This document shows positions 37,571-48,335 of a DNA stretch of 64,000 nt, in pieces. Made by a program: the position numbers and the translations under genes. Each line of letters begins with the position of its first letter. The stretch's first letter is position 1. The notes below the pieces were generated by a model. It saw nothing but the letters and a program-made list of their open reading frames with translations. It made no database searches and had not been told where the DNA came from. Source of the stretch: Lama glama (taxonomy: Eukaryota); assembly GCA_028534125.1 (NCBI GenBank), contig CM052817.1, forward strand, positions 8,434,001 to 8,498,000, given 5' to 3'.

Positions 37571-38328
37571 GGAGACATTTTTCTGGCTACCGCCCAAACT
37601 CAGCAAAATACAGTAAAATTCCATAAGCACTGACTGGGACAGTGAATTCAGAAGGTGGCATATGTCAATGTGCTGTTTCAGAACAAGGAAACAGTGCTTG
37701 AGGTTAAGATGTTAGCATTTGGAGTTTGCATAGAAAATCTCAGCGTCTAAAAACATATTGTTTGATGCATGTGTCATACAACAATCAGTGGTAATTTAAC
37801 TTTTTAATATATCTTAGTGAGAGTGTTTGCCCAATATTCCTGAGTACTAGGAGTTTTGTGTGTTGGGGGGGAGGAGGGCAGCAGGAGGACAAGGATTGCA
37901 AATTTCCATAAAATTAATTACCTGGAAGAAGACATAAAAATTGCATGAGTAAAGGTTCTTTCTGTATAATTAACTTTTTATTGTGAAAAGACATCATGAT
38001 TTTATGTGTGTATATAAATTGTGTGTGTGTGTGTGTACACATACACTTAACACGACCCTTAGTATAGTCATGTGATATAATTGGAGAAAGTATAATTTCC
38101 ATTTTACAGAAATTTGGTGATTAGATCCTGGGCCTGAAGTTTGAGCCTGAGGCAATGATAAATAAAACTGCTTGGAGTGGGGAGATGCCTCAGGAGAGGA
38201 TGAAGGTAAGTTCCCTATGGGCGGAATGTAAACATGTGCAGTTAGAGGCTGGACTGTGGTTTTCACAACAGGTCTGAAAATTCTTTGACATTTTTCTCAT
38301 TGAGGAGTAGCTTCTGATTTCCCTTCTT

Positions 38329-38626
38329 TTTTTTTTTTTAACATTTTTTATTGATTTATAATCATTTTACAATGTTGTGTCAAGTTCCAGTGTTCAGCAC
38401 AATTTTTCAGTCATTCATGGACATATACACACTCATTGTCACATTTTTTTCTCTGTGAGCTACCATAAGATCTTGTATATATTTCCCTGTGCTCTACAGT
38501 GTAATCTTGTTTATCTATTCTACAATTTTGAAACCCCATCTATCCCTTCCCACCCTCCGCCCCCCCTGGCAACCACAAGTCTGTATTCTCTGCCTGTGAG
38601 CCTATTTCTGTCCTGTATTTATGCTT
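38329..38626 (-). mobile_element. Young camelid L1 3' end with perfect 14-bp TSD
   Basis: Poly(T) start, L1 3' UTR, flanked by tgatttcccttctt at 38315-38328 and 38627-38640. Confidence 0.93.
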
Positions 38627-38748
38627 TGATTTCCCTTCTTGTGAGCTCAGAAGCACAATGATCTTCTTGACGTTTTCCAGTGGGGACCATGGAAGTCTGT
38701 CAACATCGGCATCTGAGCTTGCTACTTCTACCTTCAGGGTGGAGATGG

Positions 38749-38784
38749 AAACCAAACCAAACCAAACCAAACCAGACCAAACCA
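38749..38784. repeat. (CCAAA)n pentanucleotide repeat
   Basis: aaaccaaaccaaaccaaaccaaaccagaccaaacca. Confidence 0.9.
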
Positions 38785-39119
38785 GAGAGCGGGTATACCA
38801 TAAGATGTTCTCATTCACTATTTAAGGCGTAATCAAGTACTTTTTCTAAATACCGGAGCTCCGTCTGGAGCAAGTAGGGACAGTTGGAAGCAACAGAGTG
38901 ACTGAAGTAATTGATTGCAAGGAAGGATGTGGAGGCAGGGTGTTCTCTGAGGAGGGCACCTTAAGAAGTCATCGGTCCACTTGGTCTTTAGAAAGTTTGA
39001 CCTCACACTATAGTCGAAATTCTGGTAATGGGCAGCCCACCATCAAACACCTTTCTAGCCAGACTGGACTCCTCAATATCTCCAAAAACATATGTTCATA
39101 ATTTATTTATACTGTGATC

Positions 39120-39725
39120 TGTGGGAGCCCATGATTGGGTTAACAAATTGTAACAGATCCCAGCGGCTTATCTCCTTAAAGAAGATGCACTCAGTAACTG
39201 CCTTGAGGTTTTAACAATGACCCAGGCCCCCGGCTATAGACGCTGGGCGTGCCTGCTGTTAGTCTTCTATCCCCAAAACAGCCTTGGGCTGGAATGGTAA
39301 GAAGCTGCAGACTCAGAGGGGAGAAGGCTGGTTAGCCAGTGATGGGTAAGATCCCCTGAGGGGGCAACCAAGACAGGCACAGCCGCCTGAGTCCAGGAAA
39401 ATCTTGTCAAGCAGCTGATTCTCACACTTTCCGCCCTGATGAGCTGAAAGGCTCAACACGATTGTGATTCACCAAAAAGGGTCTTCTGACCTTGAGCCAA
39501 ACACCAACAATAAACAAAGCCTTTGTACTCATTGTGATCCCACCCTGTCCTTCCCTAAATTCCTGCTTAGACTGTACTCAATAAACATGAGAGATTTGAG
39601 AGGCTCGTGGAGTTGGCTCCCAACCCCCTCTTGCTCTCTTGACTTTTCCCCAGAGTCTTGAGTAGTTCATTCCGTCTTGGTGGGACTTCTGCCTGCCAGA
39701 ACCCACAACTTGTGACGAACCCACA
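39120..39725 (+). mobile_element. Solo retroviral LTR, probably class II (ERV2/betaretrovirus-like)
   Basis: tgtggg...cccaca inverted termini, AATAAA at 39509 and 39580, 6-bp TSD gtgatc/gtgacc. Confidence 0.75.
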
Positions 39726-39854
39726 GTGACCTCCTTCTGAAATACTTTATTCATACCATCTCCGTCTTTTGGTCTTTCAGGGTCCAGCCAAAAAAAAAAA
39801 AAAAACAAAAACTCAGGGCTCCCCTCTTCTCTGATTTCTGAGGAGAACTGTTAC

Positions 39855-40095
39855 ACAGTGCAGGGCAATAGACAAAGGCTTTGGGTTCGATGACATGTGG
39901 TTGCGAGCCCACGGTCTGATGCTTTACCAGTTGTGGGCACAGTACTTAACCTTCATAAACCTCAGTTACCCTTTCCCTAAAATGGGGATAATGTTGATGA
40001 TAACAATAATATTGTGCAGAGTGGAGGTCAGGATTAGAGAGAAGATATGTCTAGTAGCTGCCACATGATAGGACTGTAGCAGTTGATGGTTCTTT
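39855..40095 (+). mobile_element. MIR SINE
   Basis: tacttaaccttcataaacctcagttaccctttccctaaaatggggataat. Confidence 0.75.
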
Positions 40096-40499
40096 TCTAT
40101 GAGTATCATGGTCCAGTGTAATCCCGTTCCTTGGATTCCTTCATTGGCATCGTATCCCTTGCAGTCACTGACGTCTAGCCTCTGCTGGACTGACCTTGCT
40201 TCTCCATTTCTGATCTCTGCCTAAGGTCACGGCAGTAACTACATCTACATGCGTCCTAATTTTCCAAGTTCCTGGAAGGCAGACATCGAGCTTTATAACT
40301 ATTGTGCAAATGTACTCAATGAATGAGTGCCAATCAAAAGAAAAAATAAAGAAGGCCTTTTAAAAACGATTTTGGCTCTACTGTGTTTGTTTTTAAGGCT
40401 TTAGAAGGTGAATAGGGACCTATTTTTATGATTATCAATTGGCTCCTAAGGAGCACATCTAATAGGCCCTTTTCTGCGATATAGTGAAAGGAAACATAC

Positions 40500-40670
40500 G
40501 CTGTGCACACACTTCGCCTCATTTGATGTCCTTGATACCCCTACAAGGCAAATAGCATTAGCATTTCCTAATCACAGTAAGTGAACTGAGGCTCTGAGAG
40601 GTGGTGTGACTTACTCAAGGTAACACAGCTTGGACGGTGGGAAACAAGCACTTGAGCTTATTTCTAACAC
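40500..40670 (-). mobile_element. MIR fragment
   Basis: gaactgaggctctgagaggtggtgtgacttactcaaggtaacacagct. Confidence 0.75.
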
Positions 40671-42417
40671 GCTCTTGTGCTGGGCTGACTCCACTGAGAA
40701 TGTCCTAGTTGGTAATGGATGTGAAAAGCCCCTTACAGGCTCCGAGTGGAATATGAATGCAGGGGATTATTGCCATTATTTCCAGGGCAGGCGAGCTGTG
40801 ACCTCTTGTGGAATCATATATCAACCAGGAAATCCTGTTGCTGTTCACTGAATTGCACCCCAGTGACCCAAAAGATAATGTATTTCCCAGTGTACTTAAC
40901 TGAATACTATGGGCTGACCTGTACCTTGAACTGAGCTGGGTGAGTAATATTTAAATGCAGAGTCTGACAGCTTATAACCCAAGGCAGCTCCTTCCCGGTG
41001 GCAAGCTGCCAAGCCAGGGAGGGAAGAACAGTGGAACGCGGGGACGGATAAGATTAGGGCTGGATGATGTTCCTCCAAAAACAACCCATGGTTTAGATTT
41101 ATTTTCGATACCTCGATGAAAGGAACATCTTTGTTCGTTTTAATTATCAAGGGTACTCCTCAGGACATCTCCCGTAGCCACCTTTGGGTTGTCAGTTTCA
41201 GCTGCCCTCACACTGGGTCAGAATCATTCCATGTTGATTTAAAAACCCAGTGGGGGATCATCTGACTGGAGTTTGATATCGTGGTTCAACAGCCTGCCTG
41301 ATCCCCTGGTGGCTGAAAAAAAAATGCTTGTTGGACTCTTCTGCAGGCCAGAGTCAGTGGGGAGGAACAGGCTGGGTGTTTCTGCCTGAATCTGTTAATG
41401 CTGGGCTGAAACTACGATTACATCCATAGAGTTAAGAGTATGTTTGAAATAGGAGAGAGCTGAGACATCAATGCAAAGAGCCTAATTTGATAGACAAGGG
41501 GATGGATGCTCAAAAGGGCAGGTGATTTGCCAAATGATTTGTTACCTAAATTCATCAAATTTAGGCATGTATTTCATCTAAATTAGTAAGACGAGGCATT
41601 CCTTATCCTCAGTCGCCCATTCTTTTTGCCCTGTCATGCTGCCAGTGACTGAGAATAACATCTGTCCAAGTCAAGAATGACCTAAATGGGCAGCACTTAG
41701 AGAGTCATTCTTCTTTTGCGTTGTAACAACACTCAGTCAATCTGCAAACAGATATGAGGTCCACTCAACACCTGACACAGAGAGAGCTGTGAGGAGGTCC
41801 TGCAATGTTCTCAGTGAGGTACAAACTTCAAATGATGCTTGGACAATGGGCAACCTCTACAGGATTGTTGAGTGAGGGCCTTAGGAGTGGAATATGTTAT
41901 GTAATTTAGGGATTAAATTTGGGCCATTTTTTTTCATGTTACTCAAGGTTGACACAAAACAAAAAATTCTCTAGGAGTCTGGACCTCTGGATTGAATTTG
42001 AGGGCACTAATTACTCACAGCCTCTCATCTGTGGGCTTTGAACCAATTGGAAAACAGCTCCAGGAGCCAAATAATGATTAAAAAGAAGTCAGTTTCATGG
42101 CAGGTAAAACTTGAATTGGAGAGTGGAGCTTAACTCCGGAGCAGCTACCCAATGTAGGGCCTGGAAAAATCATATCCCAGGGGGCAGGATGTAGGTGTGA
42201 CCCTAATCAAAATGGCGATAAAGAGTTAGGGATCAGAAAATTGCCGTAGCCTTCTAGTAGAGACATCTTGCTTCCTGGTGAGAAGTGGGTAGAAGGACAT
42301 GGAGAGGATGAAGGAAGGGTCATGCAGAGGGGAAGAAAAGGCATTAGACACATGGGACCCCTGAGGAACTGCAACCCATGCTGCAGAGAAGGGGAGAGGA
42401 CATAGGCCCCTCAGGGC

Positions 42418-43001
42418 TTTTTTTCCCTGTTTTAATTTTATCTTGAATTGTGGCCTAAAATGCACAAAACATGCAATTTGCCATCTTAAACATTTTTAAA
42501 GTGTACAGTTCACTAACATTAATTATATCCCCACCATTGCACAGCCAATCTCTAGAAATTTTTATCTCGCAAAACTGAAATTCTCTACCGTTTAAATACT
42601 AACTTCCCATTCCCTCTCTTTTCCTCAGACCCTGACAACCACCCTTCTATTTTCTGTTTTTATGAATTTGACTACACCAGGGACCTCACATAAGCAGAAT
42701 CATTCTCTCTCTTACTTTCTTTCTACCCCTATCTGTATTGCTATAAGTAGTTGGCTTATTTTGCTTAGCACAACGTCCTGAGAGCTTATCTGTGGTGAAG
42801 GATATGTCAGAATTCTCTTCCTTTTTAAAGGCTGAATAATATTCTATTGTTTTCCTATTTACCTGTCAATGGACACTTGAGTTACTTCCATCTTTTGGCT
42901 GTTGTGAATATCACTGCTATAAATATGGATGTGCAAATGTCTCTTTGAGACCTTTCTTTCAATCCTTTTGGGTACATATCCAGAAATGGAAATGCTGGCT
43001 G
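42418..43001 (-). mobile_element. L1MB-type 3' end
   Basis: aatttgccatcttaaacatttttaaagtgtacagttc...ctttttaaaggctgaataatattc...ggacacttgagttacttccatcttttggct. Confidence 0.9.
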
Positions 43002-43654
43002 GGAGCCTCTCAGTTTTGACCAAGGAAAGCCTGATGCTATTAAAGATTAAACAGAAACCAGAGACCAGAAACCTACAGGTCTGCAGAGCAGGGATGTCTT
43101 CCGGGGCTGGTAGTATTGAAAATCTGCCCTTCCAGGGAGTGAGAGACAGGACTGAGGTTTTGAAGAGTGACAAGGAAAGTTATAGGGGAGGCAGTGAGGT
43201 GCTCATCCCTGAAGAGTTGCATCATGGAAGGAGCCTGGAGCTTTGGGTGGGTGTGGGAGAAAGGAGGAGAGGATTCCTGTCTGTCCTCAGATGGAAAGGG
43301 ACTCAAATGTGGTGAGGACTCTATTTGTACCCAGGACTGTGTTTTGCTTTTAATTCTTATTCTAAATGGAGTGTACATTTGCTTGTATGTGAAAGGTAAG
43401 GATAAAGATGTATAAGATCTTTTGTTTAACACAAAGAGGGGAATAGCCAAGACATATATGGTTTGCTGAATACTGGAGTCTATAACACATGTGTTAGAAG
43501 TAAGGCATTCCTGTCCTAAACCCCACCTGTTACGGGGTGAGCGGCCTAAAGGAAAAGCACGTCCAGGCAGGAGTTTCACTTGCTTCCACACTGCCAGTCA
43601 CACACCCCTTATTCTAATTCTATGCTGGAAAAAGACCAATGATATACCAGCCAT

Positions 43655-43820
43655 TTGTCTACCTCCCCCATCCTGGGACACTTAGCCGTGTCATAGGGAC
43701 ATTTTTGGTTGATTACCACAACTGGGAGAGGAGGTGCTACTGGCATCTAGTAGTTCACGGCCAGGGATGCTGCTCAGCCCCTACAACAAATGTTTCAGCT
43801 CCAAATTCAGTCGTGGTAGT
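43655..43820. mobile_element. MER20 fragment
   Basis: gacatttttggttgattaccacaactggg...gctactggcatctagt...gccagggatgctgct. Confidence 0.75.
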
Positions 43821-43914
43821 AATGAGGTGGATGAATGTGACTTGCTATATCTCCAATTTCCTTCTCACCAATGCATGCTGAGATACCTCTTCTTTGATTA
43901 AGAATGTGAAATGA

Positions 43915-44166
43915 TAGACTGGGATTTCAATATTGTGGAATAGATAAACAAGATTACACTGTATAGCACAGGGAAATATATACAAAATCTTATGGTAGCT
44001 CACAGAGAAAAAATGTGACAGTGAATATATACATATTCATGTATAACTGAAAAATTGTGCTCTACACTGGAATTTAACACAACATTGTAAAATAACTATA
44101 AATCAATAAAAAATGTTAAAAAAAAACCTTTGACAATTATACAACAATGATTAAAAAAAAAAAAAA
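43915..44166 (+). mobile_element. Young camelid L1 3' end with probable short 3' transduction
   Basis: L1 3' UTR, two A-tracts, TSD aagaatgtgaaatga / aagaatgtgaagtga. Confidence 0.9.
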
Positions 44167-44473
44167 AAGAATGTGAAGTGAGGCGGGTCTGAGTAGTTTG
44201 AGTGCCCAGAGATTCAGAACGAAGATCAGGTATGCTGACACCTGTGAGCATTTCTCTGTTCACACCTTGAGGCTCTGACAGGAAACAGTCACTGAGGGCT
44301 GAAGTTACCACTAAGGAAGGTGAGGGGAGGGAATGAGCATTTATCCAGTGGCTGCCGTGCCTGGGGAGAGCTGCTCCGGGGGATGTGGCTACATTTGTGA
44401 TCCTCATCACATAATCAGCCCTGTACTGCAGTTTGCTGTGCTGCAGTTCAGAAAACTGAATAGCTTGCAAAAG

Positions 44474-44973
44474 NNNNNNNNNNNNNNNNNNNNNNNNNNN
44501 NNNNNNNNNNNNNNNNNNNNNNNNNNNNNNNNNNNNNNNNNNNNNNNNNNNNNNNNNNNNNNNNNNNNNNNNNNNNNNNNNNNNNNNNNNNNNNNNNNNN
44601 NNNNNNNNNNNNNNNNNNNNNNNNNNNNNNNNNNNNNNNNNNNNNNNNNNNNNNNNNNNNNNNNNNNNNNNNNNNNNNNNNNNNNNNNNNNNNNNNNNNN
44701 NNNNNNNNNNNNNNNNNNNNNNNNNNNNNNNNNNNNNNNNNNNNNNNNNNNNNNNNNNNNNNNNNNNNNNNNNNNNNNNNNNNNNNNNNNNNNNNNNNNN
44801 NNNNNNNNNNNNNNNNNNNNNNNNNNNNNNNNNNNNNNNNNNNNNNNNNNNNNNNNNNNNNNNNNNNNNNNNNNNNNNNNNNNNNNNNNNNNNNNNNNNN
44901 NNNNNNNNNNNNNNNNNNNNNNNNNNNNNNNNNNNNNNNNNNNNNNNNNNNNNNNNNNNNNNNNNNNNNNNNN
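44474..44973. other. Assembly gap (500 N)
   Basis: Run of N. Confidence 1.
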
Positions 44974-45699
44974 TTGTTTCTTTTTATGTTTTAATCTGCA
45001 GCCTCTTTATCCCAGGCATTTTGACCTGAGTCCATGAGGACAAGTAAGGGACAGCTCTGAGTGACGTGCCTTGTTAGATGGCAGAGGATGCTACACAAAG
45101 CTTGTATGCCTACATCTGTTCTCTGCGGCTGAACGCTGTCTCTCAGGGGGAAAGGGGAGAATGGGGGTTAATACCCCTGCTTCCACTTGCTGCTTGAACG
45201 AATGGCTCAGCCTTGCTGTGTCTTGGCTTCCTCACCTGTAGCAGAGAGATGCTCAGAGAAGGACCTCACCAAACTGAGGCTGGGAGGCCTAAATGAAGTG
45301 ATGCAGGGAGGAGCAGAATCCTCTTCATCCCGGGGGGACCTGCATTGACACTGTGGGATCCGAGGTCGGCATGGAGGGGAGATTCCAACAGAGATGGCAG
45401 CGCCCTCACCTCCCAGCTGCTGCGCTCTCTGGGCCAGCAGGGGAAGGGGCACATGGGGCCAGCGTTTGGGGGTGGGGAGCAAGAACAAAGTGTCCACGGG
45501 AGCTTCAATTAAGCCAGAGAAACAGTAGTGTCTATTTTTACCCTCAGGGCAGAAAAACCACAGGAAACATGGACAATGTAAGTTATGGCTGAATAAAAGC
45601 CAACATTAGCAAACTGGACAGACCCAATATCATAAACTGGTCTGAGACTATTTCAAAAGCCCCAGAGTAACAGTGGCAGGAAATTTTCCCAAAGACTGA

Positions 45700-45870
45700 T
45701 GAGTGACAGCTTCAGATCTCAGCTAATCACTTATAAGTAGCATGTTGGTAGAGTCACAGGATTTCTCTGCACCTCAGTCTCCTCATCTGTAAATTAGAAA
45801 AAAAAATACTGTTTCATTTGGTGGCTGTGGATCTTAAATATAATACAATCTGCAAAAGCACTTTTCAAAC
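45700..45870 (+). mobile_element. MIR SINE
   Basis: tctctgcacctcagtctcctcatctgtaaatt...gcaaaagcactt. Confidence 0.75.
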
Positions 45871-46319
45871 CGTCAAAGCCCTGCGCAGGTTTGAGAGGTT
45901 GTTATGTTATTTCCAACTAGTTGGAGCTACGGAGGATTTTATTTGGTGGAAAAAAATTCTTCTAGTTCATGTTCGACATGGTAGCATCTTTGTACCTCAT
46001 ATTCTCACTCATCAAACACCTTAAAATACGGAGGCACCTAGAGTGTCAGGAACAGAAAAAAAATCTATCACCTAATTCAAAGCATCTCCCTCTCTGTAGC
46101 TCATTGGAAAGGGGGTGGAGAGAATTTCTTTTGTTGAGTTTGCTTCAGGAGGGAAAAAGAAAGTTGCAAATAAGAAATGCAAATCTAAGAAGATATCCAG
46201 CAATGTGCTTGGGTTTAATAATTGCTCAAATAAGAGAATCTATTTTCCAACCCCCTCCTCTGTGAATTCACTCCAGATCACATTCACAGTATTTTTAGGG
46301 ACAGGTTTCAATTAAATGT

Positions 46320-46598
46320 CACAATCAAAGATCCATCTCAGACCTATCCTTCTCCTATCATATCTCTGTTTATTTTCTTTATCACATCCATCACTATTTG
46401 AAATTATGATATTGTTTGATTTATGTGTTTGACTGATTATTATACCTTCCCCCAGGAGATAAACTCCAAGAAGACAGATATTCACTTCTGTATCTCCAGT
46501 GCTTAGCTCAGTGTCTGGATCATAATGGGATTTCTTGAGTGAGTGAATGAATGAATAAATATTTCTTGAGTGAATGAATGAATGAATGAATGAATGAA
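46320..46598 (+). mobile_element. L2 3' end with (TGAA)n tail
   Basis: ttcacttctgtatctccagtgcttagctcagtgtctgg...aataaatatttcttgagtgaatgaatgaatgaatgaatgaatgaat. Confidence 0.85.
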
Positions 46599-47124
46599 TC
46601 CCCAAATCTCAGGAGTGTTGGGAGGCAGAGGCAATGGTAATGTGTCCACTGCTTGCAAGAAGTGTAGCTGGAGCAGAGATGAAGTAGCAGCAGCAAGAAG
46701 TGGCAGGGTAGCCTGGACAGGAAGGGTAGAGGGGATGGCTCTCTGGAGCAAGAGTCTGTGATGATGGGGACCCTGGCAGCCGGCCCCTGCATGGTGGGCA
46801 GCAGACCCTCCAGCCTGGGGCCCCCAGCGGCACGTGCTATGGGTCTTCAGGACCAGCAGGCACAGCCAAGCATTCTGAGAGCTCTAGCAAGGAAAGCAAG
46901 TGTTGATGCCTGAGGTGGGGTGGAAGGCTGCCGAGGAAAGGGTTAGGGAAGCAGGGATGCTGGAGGCTGCTCAACGGCCCATCAAGAAAAAAATCACAAA
47001 GGCCTTTCAGTGGTCTTTTCCTAGACTGGAGCCTGGAAACAACTCTCATTCAGAGAATAGAAAGAAATTTAAAAAACATAAATGAAATATTCCACCCCCC
47101 AAAGTCCTTTAAAACATCTAATAT

Positions 47125-47345
47125 TTTAAATATTTTTGTGTGTTTATGAACTAGGCACTGGGATGACCCTTTACCCATATTATCTCTTTTAGTCCCCCCA
47201 GCGGCTGCTTCCTCTGGTGTTCCCATTTTACTTACAGGAAAACTGAGGTTCAGAGAGTTGAACTGACTTACCCAAGCAAATAAGTGATGGAGCTGAGATT
47301 GGACACCAGTTCGTCTGACTCCAGATTCAGTGCTTTAAATTAAAC
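47125..47345 (-). mobile_element. MIR SINE
   Basis: cccattttacttacaggaaaactgaggttcagagagttgaactgacttacccaag. Confidence 0.85.
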
Positions 47346-47419
47346 TATCATTGACATTGTACGAACTGTCTGACTTGGACAACAACCTTTAGAGCCATAT
47401 AAAAACGGAGCTCTCAGGG

Positions 47420-47950
47420 TACTGTCCTGAGCCCTCTTCTGTTATTCTCACCCCACACAATGACCAGGGGACGAACTCGGTCATTTTCTGTGCATCAGTT
47501 CCACAATCGTGATTCTAATCTTCAGGTCCCTATATTCAGCTACCTGCTGAAGTCTTAGTCTGGCTGTCCTATAGAAATGTCAGTTCAACATACCTGTGAC
47601 TGAATTCACCATTTCCTCCCCACATCCTCTTTCTCGCAAATATTCCCCATCCTACTTAAATGATACGTTCATCCAGCCAGCTCCCCCACTGGGAAATCTG
47701 GAATTTATTTCTAACATCTCCCTCACTGCATCTTGAAATGCCGCCCTCCCTAGTCTTGCTTCAATATATTGAGTCCACCCCAGTTGACATTGCCCCAGTT
47801 TATTATTATTGACAATGCAAACTCTTATTTTCAACTGTTTCCTTATCTCTGTTATTGCTCCTCACAAATCTACCTTCTACAGTTACTAGAGTAATTTTAA
47901 ATTAATACTAAAATGTAAACATGATCCTATTGCTTTTCTGTCATCTCCTC
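47420..47950 (+). mobile_element. L2 fragment
   Basis: tatattcagctacctgctg...ctgaattcaccatttcctcccc...aaatgtaaacatgatc. Confidence 0.7.
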
Positions 47951-48139
47951 CTATAGCTTATCAGCCCTTGGCAGATTGTTTACCTATTTTATAGTAATTT
48001 TTTTTAAATGCCATCTGTGTATCTTATCTCTTTCCTCCTTCCCTTCCTCCCTCACAACTTTCCTTCCTTCCTTCCACGAATTTCTTTTAGCCTCTTCTTT
48101 ATGCCAGTCTCTAAAACTATCATTATGAGAAGGCTGACA

Positions 48140-48335
48140 ATCTAAAAAATATTTTCACATATAGGATTTCATTTATTTCTCACCACACTGTCGACAGGCA
48201 GGTAGACTTATCTCCATTTTGCAAGTGGGGACATGGGCTCAAATAGATCAAGTGCTTTGCCCACAGTCACAGAACCAGGGAGAGCCACGACTTATACTGT
48301 GTCCTTGACTTCAAGTCCTGTCATTGCCCTGCTCT
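48140..48335 (-). mobile_element. MIR fragment
   Basis: ttatctccattttgcaagtggggacatgggctc...gcccacagtcacagaacc. Confidence 0.7.

Noticed and set aside
44333..45037. Longest ORF in the track (234 aa)
   Set aside because: Artefact of reading through the 500-N gap.
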